Positions 51,928 through 61,923 of a DNA stretch of 64,000 bases are shown here, piece after piece (the stretch's first letter is position 1; every line of letters starts with the position of its first letter). The stretch is from an uncultured Verrucomicrobiae bacterium (lineage in GTDB: Bacteria; Verrucomicrobiota; Verrucomicrobiia; Opitutales; JABDGR01). A program made the position numbers and the translations under genes. The DNA lies in NCBI GenBank assembly GCA_963765205.1, contig CAVXVB010000008.1:256001-320000 (forward strand), written 5' to 3'. The notes below the pieces were generated by a model. That model was not told the DNA's origin and did not search any database. It saw nothing but the letters and a program-made list of their open reading frames with translations.

Positions 51928-53481
51928 ATGGCCCTGCCTCCCTTCACCAGCCAGTTAATCGCCGACGTGGGCATCAGCCTCGGCGACGAAGGCAAGGGGC
52001 GCCTCGTCTATGAGATCGCCGCCGAGTTGCGCAGCCAGACGCAGCGCGACGCCGCCGTGGCGATGGTGCTCAAAGTCAACGGCGGCGCGAACTCGGGCCA
52101 CACGGCGGGCGGATTAAAACTAAACCTCTTGCCGGCGGGCGTCATTGACGTCCATGTGCCGATGCTGGCCATCGGCGCGGGCGTGGTCGCCGACCCGCGC
52201 AAATTCTGGTGGGAGCTGGAGCCGCTCGAACGCCGCGGCTACCGTGTGTTCGAGCGCCTGCTCATTGACGAACGCACCATGCTTGCCGATGTCTCCCACC
52301 GGCTGCTCGACCTCGCCTGGGAGGACTACCGCACGCATGTGCTGGGCGAACCGCAACGCGGCTCGACCGGCCGCGGCATCACTCCCGCATACAGCGACGA
52401 AGCCAACCAATGGACCATTTATTACGGGGACTTTCTCGGCCCGCGCGCGGACTTCGAGCGGCGCTTTCGCACTCGCCTGAACCGGGCCTCGCGCATCATC
52501 AAGGACATCTGCCAGGTCATCCCGGAGCATTGGGATATTTTCTTTGACCGCCTCACGCTCGCCGAAACGCGGGCGAATCAGGCCGCCATTGACGCCGGAA
52601 TTTTCCCCAAGGAGGAATTCGACTTCTGCCAGTTCCGCAGCAAGGAGCCTTATTTCCTCAACACCGACCTCCTCACCGAAACCTACTGGCAGGCCGGGCA
52701 GCGGCTGCGGGCGCGCATCGGCGACGTGCGCGAGGCCGCGCTGGCCGCGCTGGCGGGCGGCCAATACATCATCGGCGAATTCGGCCAGAGCTACTGGCTC
52801 GACAAGCGCCGCGGCTTTTCGCCCAATGTCACAGCCTCGCACACTTACACGCCGGAATTTTTTGAGAGCGCGGGCATCCCGTGCCAGCCGGTCCATACCG
52901 TGGGCTGCTGCAAGGCCTACGACACCAAGGTCGGCACGCATGTTTTCCTCACGCGGATCGAAGAGACACACCCGCTCGGCCAATTATTGCGCGAGCTGGA
53001 ATACGGCACCAGCACCGGCCGCCAGCGCATGGTCGGCTGGTTTGACGCCGTGGAAAAAGGCGACGCGCTGCGTTATGGCGGCTTCCAGGATCTCATCATC
53101 AACAAGCTCGACGCGCTCACCTATCGCGGCGCGTGGCGCGACGGCGTATTGCTCGTCTGCACGGGCTACCGCACGCCCGGCGGCGCGCTGACCGCCGGCG
53201 TCCCGCGCGACGACCGCGCGCGCCAGGCCCTGCAACCGGTTTACGCAAAACTGCCTGGCTGGCACGAGGACATCGCGGGCGTCACCTCCTTCGCCAAATT
53301 GCCGGCCAATGCGAAGCGCTATGTTGCGTTTTTGGTAAAAAGCGTGCTCAACGTCGCCACGCGTGGCGGCACCTCGGAAGTCCCCGCGCCGAATCTGCGC
53401 TATATTGGCACCGGCCCCGACCCCGACCAAGTCATCCGCGACGTGCCGGTGACCAAGGAATTGCTGAAGCTGGCGGAATGA
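51928..53481 (+). CDS. purA: Adenylosuccinate synthetase, divergent long form
   Basis: GDEGKG, GG.N.GHT, GSTGRGI.PAY, EYGT.TGR.R..GWFD and NKLD.L. Confidence 0.9.
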   Translation: MALPPFTSQLIADVGISLGDEGKGRLVYEIAAELRSQTQRDAAVAMVLKVNGGANSGHTAGGLKLNLLPAGVIDVHVPMLAIGAGVVADPRKFWWELEPLERRGYRVFERLLIDERTMLADVSHRLLDLAWEDYRTHVLGEPQRGSTGRGITPAYSDEANQWTIYYGDFLGPRADFERRFRTRLNRASRIIKDICQVIPEHWDIFFDRLTLAETRANQAAIDAGIFPKEEFDFCQFRSKEPYFLNTDLLTETYWQAGQRLRARIGDVREAALAALAGGQYIIGEFGQSYWLDKRRGFSPNVTASHTYTPEFFESAGIPCQPVHTVGCCKAYDTKVGTHVFLTRIEETHPLGQLLRELEYGTSTGRQRMVGWFDAVEKGDALRYGGFQDLIINKLDALTYRGAWRDGVLLVCTGYRTPGGALTAGVPRDDRARQALQPVYAKLPGWHEDIAGVTSFAKLPANAKRYVAFLVKSVLNVATRGGTSEVPAPNLRYIGTGPDPDQVIRDVPVTKELLKLAE

Positions 53482-53603
53482 AATCCAGTCTGGCCCTATT
53501 CGGGAACAATGCGTGGGAAAGCGACCGTCCTTGTTCCGGGTCAAAAATTATCGCCCCACCGGCTTGCGCCGAAGGCGTGGCTTCGAACAGACTGTCCCGG
53601 AAC

Positions 53604-54014
53604 CTACTGGGCGACCACATTAACGATGAATGCAGTCGAGGTGGGCGCCCCGGTTTCCGGCGTGCCCGTGACCGCGACGCGATAATCGCCGATGGCCGCA
53701 TCCCTCGCCACATTAACTTGGAGCTGCACATCGGGCTTGTCGCTGGCTTTGACCAGGATCGCGCCCGGCGTCACGCTAATGCCATCCGTTTTGGTGTCCA
53801 GTTGCACATCCCGCTTGAAATAGGGACCCCGGTTCAGCAGGACGGTAACGGCGGTGTTGCCGCCCTGTTTGACGGTGTTGGTGGCCGGGACGGTGATGCT
53901 GAATTCTTCGTTAACAGGCACGATGCCGCCGGCGCTGCTGACATTCGTGGCGCTACTGCATCCGGAGGCAGCCAGCAAAGCCGCCAGCGTAAATATCTTG
54001 ATTAGAGTTTTCAT
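53604..54014 (-). CDS. Small lipoprotein with an Ig-like beta fold
   Basis: Lipobox ASGC; beta-rich sequence. Confidence 0.7.
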   Translation of the reverse strand: MKTLIKIFTLAALLAASGCSSATNVSSAGGIVPVNEEFSITVPATNTVKQGGNTAVTVLLNRGPYFKRDVQLDTKTDGISVTPGAILVKASDKPDVQLQVNVARDAAIGDYRVAVTGTPETGAPTSTAFIVNVVAQ

Positions 54015-54211
54015 ATTTATTTAAATAATTTGGCGTTGGCTTTGGGCCATGAGCGCCGGGTGTTGGTGAACCGATACGACTCTACGCGGTTGCGCAAAAG
54101 TTTGCCATGGGGCGAAACCCTACCGGAAAGGATGACGATCCCCTCACTGAACGCGGCCTTCGGGTTTGATCGAGCCAACCCTCAACCTGGAGGCGGATTT
54201 CAGTTTCGCGC

Positions 54212-55267
54212 TCATGTCCCCTGGCTGGCGACCTTGAGCAGCACAGGGCTTTCCTCGAGTTCGGGGAATTCCTCGCGCAGGCGGCGGAGGCCCTCCGCCG
54301 AAGGGAAGGCCAGGAGCTTTTGGTCGCCCTCACCCTCGAAGCAGGCGTGGAAGGCCTTGTAATGCTTGTCGTCAATGAACTCCGCCAGCTCGGCGATGAG
54401 GTTGAAATCCTGCGCTTTGTAGTAATTGTATTGCTCCTCAACGGTGGCAAAACCCGCCTTGTGCGTCTTAAACTGGTGTTTTTTGAAGGGGGTGGATTTC
54501 CGGCGCGACGTCTCGTCCAGCGCGAGGTGGTAGAGGAGCGTGTTGGCCACGGCCGCGAAGCGCGGCTCGTCCCGGTGCGCGGTGAAAAAGTCGTGGCGCT
54601 TGCGGGCCAGGGCGATGGTCCAGGCGACCAGCTCCGTCAGCGGCTGTTTGGCGTAGCTCGCGGTCTCGCCCGCGCGGAACTCCTCCGGCGTGGCGGAATT
54701 GAGGTAGCTCAGTTCCTCGTCCACGAATTGATAGACTTGAAAGGCGTCGCCGTGTTTGTCGTACGCGGTGAACTCGCGAAAATGCTTCATGTAGAGTTCG
54801 CGGCTGCGCAGCACTTCGTAGGAGGCGTGGCCAAGGAGGATTTGTGAATCGTCGCCCATGTCCATCACGCGGCGGGCGAAGTTGATGCCCCGGCCGGCCA
54901 CGTTGTTCGCCCCGTTGATATCGCGCACGAGGTTGTCCTGGTTTTCGTTGATGCCGATGCGGACTTTGAAGCGCCACGCCTCGTCCCGCTGCTGCTTGTT
55001 GCGCTCCTGGATGAGTTCCAGCAGCTTGAACGAGAAAATCATGTTGATGTCGAAAAAATTGTAGTTGAGGAAGGCGACGCACATGCCGTCGCCGGTGGGC
55101 AGCATGAGGCGCTCCTCCTTCGGGATTTTCAACTCCTCGAAGACGCGCGCCACCATGGCGTTGAGCGCGTCAATGATGTCGGACTGCGCCTCGACGCTGC
55201 GGTTCTTCGTGTAGCCCACGATGTCCACAAAGGCGTATTTGGCCAGGGCGGTGGTTGCGGTGTTCAT
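54212..55267 (-). CDS. Class III nucleotide cyclase with an unknown C-terminal domain
   Basis: FVDIVGYT, TGDG, VRIGI and G..IN.A.R motifs. Confidence 0.85.
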   Translation of the reverse strand: MNTATTALAKYAFVDIVGYTKNRSVEAQSDIIDALNAMVARVFEELKIPKEERLMLPTGDGMCVAFLNYNFFDINMIFSFKLLELIQERNKQQRDEAWRFKVRIGINENQDNLVRDINGANNVAGRGINFARRVMDMGDDSQILLGHASYEVLRSRELYMKHFREFTAYDKHGDAFQVYQFVDEELSYLNSATPEEFRAGETASYAKQPLTELVAWTIALARKRHDFFTAHRDEPRFAAVANTLLYHLALDETSRRKSTPFKKHQFKTHKAGFATVEEQYNYYKAQDFNLIAELAEFIDDKHYKAFHACFEGEGDQKLLAFPSAEGLRRLREEFPELEESPVLLKVASQGT

Positions 55268-55270
55268 GGT

Positions 55271-55744
55271 TTAATTGAGGTCTCCCCAGTAGAGCGGCTC
55301 CACGACGAAGTCGCCGCCGCGCACACATTGCTTGAGGAAGGCCGGAAAAAAGCGGCAGCCGTCGAGCTGCGCCAACTCAAGCCAGGCGACGCCGACCTGC
55401 CGCCGGTCGCGCCCGGCGCCGGCGACGGGCAGGGCGCCCTCCGGCAGCGCGCAGCGGAAAACGACCTCGACTTGGTGGAAGTGCTGGTGTTCGCGCGCGA
55501 ATCCATGGTTTTTGCCAATGTATTCGCGCACATAGAGGAGGGGGCCGGGTTCGAGCGCGACGCCGATCTCTTCGTGCGTTTCGCGGCGCAAGGCGTCGGC
55601 GAGCGTTTCACCATGGCGCTGGCCGCCGCCGGGAAGGATGAAAAACTCCCCCTCGCGATCGCGCATGGTAATGGCGAGGAGCCGGCCGCCGCGCACCACA
55701 ACCGCGCGGGCGGCAGAGCGAACGCTGGACGATGCAGAAGGCAT
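55271..55744 (-). CDS. Nudix hydrolase
   Basis: Nudix box GGGQRHGETLADALRRETHEEIG. Confidence 0.9.
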   Translation of the reverse strand: MPSASSSVRSAARAVVVRGGRLLAITMRDREGEFFILPGGGQRHGETLADALRRETHEEIGVALEPGPLLYVREYIGKNHGFAREHQHFHQVEVVFRCALPEGALPVAGAGRDRRQVGVAWLELAQLDGCRFFPAFLKQCVRGGDFVVEPLYWGDLN

Positions 55745-55825
55745 GGGGTAGGTCGGGGTCGAAACCTTAATTGCCCGGAGAGCAAAAGGCAAATGTATTA
55801 GCGCGAAAACATCACCCCAATCCAG

Positions 55826-57310
55826 TTAAAGCACCCGACCGTTATGCAGGCGCAGGACACGATTCACGCAAGCCGGCAAGTCGTCGGCGCGGTGCGCGGC
55901 GATAATAAGTTGGGTGCCGGCGCGGGCGGCGCGTTCCACGGCCCGCAGAAAACGCACACGGGCGGCCGGGGCGAGGCCGTCACAAGGTTCGTCGAGCAAA
56001 AGCAGCCGCGGTTCGGGTGCCAGCGCGCGGGCGAGCAGCGCCAGCCGCGCTTCGCCAAAAGACAATTCGCCCCAGCGCCGCCCGGCCAAGCGCCCCACGC
56101 CGAGTCGGCGCAAGGCCACCCGGGCTTGGGCTGATTCGGTGCGGGTCGGTGCCCGCAACAAGCCCACGGTGGATTGGAAGCCGGAGGCCACCACGCCGGC
56201 GACGGTGGCCGCGGCGAGATAAAAATGCTGGAGCGCCGGCGAAACATAACCCATGCAGCGGCGTGCGTCCGGCAGCGTGCGGAAATTTTCATCACCACCA
56301 AATCTTTCGAGGCTCCCGCCGCGGGCGACCGGCCAATCCCCGTAGATTGCGCGCAGCAGCGTGGATTTGCCGCTGCCGTTCGGACCCAGCACAGCCCAGT
56401 GTTCGCCGGAACGAACCGTCCAGTTGAGGTCCTGCAAAATGCGCTGGGTGCGGAGGTGGTCGCCGACGAAAACGGAGGCGCGGGTAAAGCGCAGGGTGAA
56501 ATCATCCGCTGATTGGGGCGGACGATCATGCTTGCGATTCACGCCCGCTTTGCGGACGCCTCGGCGAGGCGTCCCTGCCGCTTTTCCCATTCTTTTCAAT
56601 TTTGGAACTTCCTGCGCGCGACCCTCGTGCAGTGTCAAATGCCGCGTCAGCCCCGGCAGCGCATCACTCGCGCGGTGCGTGGCGACGATGACCGCCGTGC
56701 CCGCGCGCAACCGGCAAATAATTTCCGCGCCAACGCGCGCGCGCGCCGCATCGTCGAGTCCGTCGGAAAATTCGTCGAGTACAAGGAGGGCGGGTTTCGA
56801 CGCCAAGGCCCGCGCCAGAAGGGCGAGCCGTTGCTGGCCTTGCGACAATTCGGCAACGGGCTTCCGCCAAAACCGGGCGACTCCGAGTTTTTCGGCAAGG
56901 ACGCGCGCGCCGGCGCGTTGCGTCGGAGTCGGGCGTTGCGCGAGGAGCAGCGTGTTCGCGAAGCCGGTGAGGATGACATCGCCGGCGGTGATGAAGGTGT
57001 CGAGCCGCGCGAGACGCTGGTGCGTTTCCGGCGAAAGCCAGGCGATCCGGCCCGCCAGGCCCATGGGGCTGGCGCTGATCGCGCGGCCGAAATGATACCG
57101 GCGCACGCCGCCGCGCGGGCCCGCATCCGGCCAGATTTGCCCCGTCAACACGCGCAGCAAACTTGTCTTGCCCGAACCGTTGGGGCCGGTGACGAGCCAG
57201 CCTTCGCCACGGCCAACGGTCCACGTCACGTCGCGCAAGATCGCGCGCCCGCCCAGCGTCAGGCGCACGCCACGCAGCTCAACCAAAAGCCGAGGGGTTT
57301 TTTGGCTCAT
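55826..57310 (-). CDS. Duplicated ABC ATPase (ModF-like)
   Basis: Two GPNGSGK Walker A motifs; LSQGQ and LSFGE signatures. Confidence 0.85.
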   Translation of the reverse strand: MSQKTPRLLVELRGVRLTLGGRAILRDVTWTVGRGEGWLVTGPNGSGKTSLLRVLTGQIWPDAGPRGGVRRYHFGRAISASPMGLAGRIAWLSPETHQRLARLDTFITAGDVILTGFANTLLLAQRPTPTQRAGARVLAEKLGVARFWRKPVAELSQGQQRLALLARALASKPALLVLDEFSDGLDDAARARVGAEIICRLRAGTAVIVATHRASDALPGLTRHLTLHEGRAQEVPKLKRMGKAAGTPRRGVRKAGVNRKHDRPPQSADDFTLRFTRASVFVGDHLRTQRILQDLNWTVRSGEHWAVLGPNGSGKSTLLRAIYGDWPVARGGSLERFGGDENFRTLPDARRCMGYVSPALQHFYLAAATVAGVVASGFQSTVGLLRAPTRTESAQARVALRRLGVGRLAGRRWGELSFGEARLALLARALAPEPRLLLLDEPCDGLAPAARVRFLRAVERAARAGTQLIIAAHRADDLPACVNRVLRLHNGRVL

Positions 57311-57346
57311 GACAGCGTTGGCATACTTTGATGGATTGCTGCTTTT

Positions 57347-57419
57347 GTAGGGCGGTGCTTTAGCCCGCGCTTCTTGGACATGGGGGCGGTGCAGAGCGCG
57401 GGCTGAAGCACCGCGCTAC
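57347..57419. repeat. GTAG-family REP dimer (REPIN-like)
   Basis: gtagggcggtgctttagcccgcgct with an inverted copy, 23/25. Confidence 0.8.
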
Positions 57420-57458
57420 AAAAAATCGGGCGAAATAGCCCAACGACGTAATCACCAC

Positions 57459-59363
57459 TCATGGCGGCGGGAGCGGCTCGCCTTCCGCCGCGCTGGCGAA
57501 ATGACGGTAAAGACCCGCGTAAACGCCGTTTTGCGTGAGGAGTTGCGCGTGTGTGCCGCGCTCGATCAGGCGCCCATGATCGAGCACCAGCACCTGGCTG
57601 GCATTGCGGATGGTACTGAGGCGGTGCGCGACGACGAAGCTGGTGCGGCCTTCCAGCAGGCGCGCGAGCGCGGCCTGCAAACGCGCCTCGGTGATGGTGT
57701 CAATCGCGCTGGTGGCCTCGTCGAGGATGAGGATGCGCGGGTCGGCCAGCAACGCGCGCGCAAAACAAATGAGCTGCTGCTGGCCCGACGAGAGTCCGCG
57801 GCCTTTTTCGCCTACCGGGGTGCGCAGGCCCTGCGGCAATGATTCGAGCAAATCGAGGCAGTCGAGCCGGCGCAGGACGGCGACGACCTCCTCATCGGTC
57901 GCGGCCGGGCGCGGCAGGCGGATGTTGTCCGCGACAGTGCCGGTGAACAAAAAGCTCTGCTGAAGCACGAGGCCCATCTGCCGCCGCAGCGAGCCGCTGG
58001 CGGCGGTTTTGATTTCGCGCCCGTCGAGGAGAATTTCGCCCGACTGCGCGAGGTAAAATTTCGCGAGCAGGTTGATGATGCTGGTCTTGCCGCTGCCGGT
58101 GTGGCCGACGAGCGCGATGGTCTGGCCCGGCTCGGCGATGAACGACAAGTCGTGCAGCACGGGCCGCGCGGGATCGTAGCCGAAGGTGACATGGCGGAAT
58201 TCGACGCGGCCCCGGAGGGGCGGGAGTGGCTGCGCGTCGGGCGCGTCCTGCCATTCGGGCGCCGTGTCGAGCATGCGGAAGAGACGCTCGGCGCCGGCCA
58301 GCGCGGTCAGCGCCTGCGCGAATTGGTTGCCGAGCACGGTGATGGGGCCGAAGAACTGGTTGGCGAGAAAGAAAAACATGATGAGGTCGCCGGCCGGCAT
58401 GTGCCAGGCCGGGTGAAACGCGCAATAGCCGCCGACCAGCAACACGGTGGAAATAAAAAATTGCGAATTCACCTCGAGCAGCGGGATGAACAGCCCGCTC
58501 TGCCGCGCGAAATTCAGGTTGTAGAGTGAATGATCGTGCGCCAACCGCTTGAAAATGCCGGCGTTGACGGCCTCGCGCCCGAAGCTTTGCGTCACGCGGA
58601 TGCCCGCGACCGTCTCGGCCAGCGAGGCGGTCACCCGCGAAAAACTCTCCTGCATCATGCGCGTGGCGTCGCTGAGCCGCCCGCGAAAATAGCGGTCGAG
58701 CGCCCAGGCGGGCGGCGCGGTGAGCAGGACGACGAGGAACAATTTCCAGCTATACAGCGCCATCAGCACACAGGCGGAGAGCATCTGGCCGCATTGCACG
58801 AGGCCGACGAAGAGAAAATTCTGGACCCCGAGGCGCACGGCTTCGATGTCGCTCGTCATGCGGCTGATGACGCGCCCAAGCTTCGTGCGTTGGAAATAGG
58901 AAAGCGGCAGCGTGAAGAGGTGTTCGAGCAACAACATCCGCAAATCGCGCACCACATTTTCGCCGAGTTCGAGGGCGTAAAGCTGGCGATAATAAAGCAC
59001 CCAGTCCGTGGAACATACCAACGCGAAATAGGCGATGAGCGCCCAGACCAGTCCCGTGGCGTCGTGATGCGCGACCGGTCCTTGGATCACGGCGCCGACG
59101 CCCCACGCCAGCAGCGGCAGTTGCATCGAGCGCACCGTGACGAGCGCGAAAAGCCGGTTGCGCTTCTTCGCATACGGATGCGTGTAACTGAAGAGCCGGC
59201 GCAAAATCGCCAAATCCAGCGTGCGCGGGAGTTCGCGGCGATCGTCCTCGTCGCGGTCGCCGCGTGGCGCGCCCCGGGCGAGGGAAAAATCGTGCCGGAC
59301 GGTCGGGTGCGGCTTCGGCGGACAGTGGAAAAGTCCGCGCAGCCAATCAAGGTCGAGGCTCAT
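57459..59363 (-). CDS. ABC exporter half (TMD+NBD)
   Basis: GHTGSGKT, LSSGQ and ILDEAT. Confidence 0.92.
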   Translation of the reverse strand: MSLDLDWLRGLFHCPPKPHPTVRHDFSLARGAPRGDRDEDDRRELPRTLDLAILRRLFSYTHPYAKKRNRLFALVTVRSMQLPLLAWGVGAVIQGPVAHHDATGLVWALIAYFALVCSTDWVLYYRQLYALELGENVVRDLRMLLLEHLFTLPLSYFQRTKLGRVISRMTSDIEAVRLGVQNFLFVGLVQCGQMLSACVLMALYSWKLFLVVLLTAPPAWALDRYFRGRLSDATRMMQESFSRVTASLAETVAGIRVTQSFGREAVNAGIFKRLAHDHSLYNLNFARQSGLFIPLLEVNSQFFISTVLLVGGYCAFHPAWHMPAGDLIMFFFLANQFFGPITVLGNQFAQALTALAGAERLFRMLDTAPEWQDAPDAQPLPPLRGRVEFRHVTFGYDPARPVLHDLSFIAEPGQTIALVGHTGSGKTSIINLLAKFYLAQSGEILLDGREIKTAASGSLRRQMGLVLQQSFLFTGTVADNIRLPRPAATDEEVVAVLRRLDCLDLLESLPQGLRTPVGEKGRGLSSGQQQLICFARALLADPRILILDEATSAIDTITEARLQAALARLLEGRTSFVVAHRLSTIRNASQVLVLDHGRLIERGTHAQLLTQNGVYAGLYRHFASAAEGEPLPPP

Positions 59364-61327
59364 GGCGCGCCTCCTTCCGGCAGCGGTAGGTCCGGTGGCC
59401 GCGGCGCGGCAAATGGCGGCTTAGCCGGGCGCGCGGCCCAGGGCGCGCGGGTGTTTTCCAGGATTTGGCGGCTTTCGAAATCGAGGCCCTGGATGCTGAC
59501 CGCGCGGCGATACGGGCCGGCCTGCTCCATTAATTCGCGATGGTTGCCCTGCTGGACGAGGCGGCCCTGCTCGAGAACAAAGATGCGGTCAGCGCGACGC
59601 AACGTGCTCAGGCGGTGCGCGACGATGAACGTGGTGCGGCCCTGCACCGCCCGTTCGAGGGCGTCAATAATCTCGTGCTCTGTGCCGGGGTCCACGGCGG
59701 CGGTTGGGTCGTCGAGCAGCAGAATCGCCGGGTCGAGCAGCAGCGCGCGCGCGATGGCGAGGCGCTGGCGCTGGCCGCCGGAGAGGTTCGTGCCGAGTTC
59801 GCCGAGCATCGTTTCGTAGCCCTGCGGCAACTCGCGGATGAAGACATCCGCCGCGGCGATTTGCGCGGCGCGCTCGATGCGTTCGCGCGAGGCCTCGGGG
59901 TTGCCGAAGGCGATGTTCGCCGCGACGGTGTCGGAAAATAGAAAATTTTCCTGGAAAACCAGCCCGATGGAGCGGCGGAGTTCCTCGAGGGGCAGCTCGC
60001 GCAGGTCGCGCCCATCAAGTCGGACACACCCTGCGCGCGGGTCGTAAAAACGTGGGATGAGCGACATGAGCACGCTCTTGCCGGAGCCGGTCGCGCCCGC
60101 GATGGCGATGAGTTCGCCGGGTTTGACGGTGAAGGAAATGTCCGCCAGCGCGGCATGGCCGGGCTGGTAGGAAAAACTGACGTGGTCGAAAACAATTTCC
60201 CCGCGCACTTTCCCCAAGGGCACGGGATGGGGCGGCGACTGCACCTCGATGGGCGCGTCGAGGACTTCAAAAACACGCCGCGCGCTCGTTAACGCCAGTT
60301 GAATCGAGTCGGCGACAGAGGCGATGGTGTTGACCTGGCTGGAGAATTGCTGGAGCAGGCCCGCGAAAACAACGAGGCCCGCGCCGAGGGGGATTTCGCC
60401 GCGCATGGTCATCCAGCCGCCGTAGCCGAGCAGCGCGATCATGCCGATTTGCGTCAGCAGGTCCATCGTCGGCGAATAAAGGCTGACGGCGCGAAAAATG
60501 GTGTAGCGCTGGGCGGCGACGCGGCGGTTGTCGGCGTCGAAGCGCGCCGCGGCGTCCGCTTCGAGGGCGAAGCCCTTGATCGTGCCGATGCCCTGGATGC
60601 ACTCGGCAAACGAGAGCACGAGCTGGTCCATCAAGTTGCGGCTCTCGACGTAGGCCGGGCGGATTTGGCGGGCGAAATGCACCGAACGGATCCACAGCAG
60701 CGGCATCGTCGCGAGGCACGCCAGCGTCAGCGCCGGGCTGATGTTGACCATGTAGATCGCATACACCGTCAGCGAAATGAGCATGATGAAAATCTGGATG
60801 ACCACTTGGTCCACGAACGCACGGACGTTTTGGGCGTCGCTCGTGCAGCGGTTAATGATCGAGCCGCTGGCGTTTTCATCGAAGAAGCGGAAGGACAGGC
60901 GCTGGAGCTTGTCGTAAACCCGCGCGCGCAACTCGACCACCAGCCGGTGCTGCGTCAGCAGCGCGAGGCCGACCGAATAGGTGTAATTGAGCACCGAGCG
61001 CAACAGCGCGAGGACGAGAATCGCGCCGGCCAGCATCCACAAGCCGCGCATGACCGGCGCGCCATCCGCCGGCGCCGGCAGCCACACCGGCCAGTTCGGC
61101 GCGGGCACCGACGGATCCACTGCGTGGCGCACGTAATCAATGCCAACGCCGGTCAAGTTGAGACCCATCAACCCCAGCGTGAGCAGCACCAGTTGCAGCG
61201 CCAGCACTTGCAGGCACAGGTATTTATACTGCCAGGTCAGCTTGAGCAGCCGCACGGCCAGCGCGCCATTCGAGTAATCGGGCGGCGGCGAAGTTGGGGC
61301 AGCGGACGCTGGCGCGGCGGCAGGCAT
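59360..61327 (-). CDS. ABC exporter half with degenerate Walker B (heterodimer partner)
   Basis: GATGSGKS, LSGGQ and LLDDPT (catalytic Glu replaced by Asp). Confidence 0.92.
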   Translation of the reverse strand: MPAAAPASAAPTSPPPDYSNGALAVRLLKLTWQYKYLCLQVLALQLVLLTLGLMGLNLTGVGIDYVRHAVDPSVPAPNWPVWLPAPADGAPVMRGLWMLAGAILVLALLRSVLNYTYSVGLALLTQHRLVVELRARVYDKLQRLSFRFFDENASGSIINRCTSDAQNVRAFVDQVVIQIFIMLISLTVYAIYMVNISPALTLACLATMPLLWIRSVHFARQIRPAYVESRNLMDQLVLSFAECIQGIGTIKGFALEADAAARFDADNRRVAAQRYTIFRAVSLYSPTMDLLTQIGMIALLGYGGWMTMRGEIPLGAGLVVFAGLLQQFSSQVNTIASVADSIQLALTSARRVFEVLDAPIEVQSPPHPVPLGKVRGEIVFDHVSFSYQPGHAALADISFTVKPGELIAIAGATGSGKSVLMSLIPRFYDPRAGCVRLDGRDLRELPLEELRRSIGLVFQENFLFSDTVAANIAFGNPEASRERIERAAQIAAADVFIRELPQGYETMLGELGTNLSGGQRQRLAIARALLLDPAILLLDDPTAAVDPGTEHEIIDALERAVQGRTTFIVAHRLSTLRRADRIFVLEQGRLVQQGNHRELMEQAGPYRRAVSIQGLDFESRQILENTRAPWAARPAKPPFAAPRPPDLPLPEGGAP

Positions 61328-61534
61328 AAAACCGCCCAGCCTAGTGAGCGCGCGCCGGAAGCGCAAGAATCAGTGCAGGAAAGCGTTGGGGTATTTTGGA
61401 CGGTGGCAACGCGCCGAATCAATGCTAACGCTCATGCATCACCTCAAAGCTGCCAGCAATAATCTTCATGCAAATATCTTCCTGGGCGATGCAAGCGGCT
61501 GCACGGTGCATGGCCATTGGTTGCAAAATTCCGG

Positions 61535-61840
61535 CTACGGTTTGCGCAGCACGTCGGGCGCGCGGGGGTCGGCGCCAGCGGTTTTGTGATACGCGCCGGT
61601 TTGCTTGTCGCGCACATATTTGGTGAAGCCGGCTCGCGCGACGTTTTGGTCGGATAGTTTTTTCTTGGTCGATCCCGGCGTGTATTTCGAGGCCACCGCC
61701 GTCGGCAAATAAACGCGGCGCAGGGGCAGGCCCGTGACGGGATGGCGCGCCAGCGGCGGGGCGCTCATCGGTTGCTCGACTTCGAGCAACTCACCCTCCG
61801 AGCCGTCCGCGCGGATTTCCTGGTAAACGTAAACAGGCAT
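61535..61840 (-). CDS. FmdB-like regulator lacking zinc cysteines
   Basis: MP.Y.Y...G...E..Q.M...PL...P..G....RV pattern with no Cys. Confidence 0.65.
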   Translation of the reverse strand: MPVYVYQEIRADGSEGELLEVEQPMSAPPLARHPVTGLPLRRVYLPTAVASKYTPGSTKKKLSDQNVARAGFTKYVRDKQTGAYHKTAGADPRAPDVLRKP

Positions 61841-61923
61841 GGGAACAAATTAGCTGACGGGCGGCGTTTTGGCAAGCGCGGCGGGACAACCGGGAACATC
61901 CTCGCGAAACGAAAGCGCCAGAT

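Noticed and set aside
54212..55267. Calling this a Pycsar system
   Set aside because: No PycTIR or PycTM effector and no defence island context
61511..61526. Sigma54-like TGGCCA..TTGCA
   Set aside because: Spacing is one base short and it points into an antisense gene
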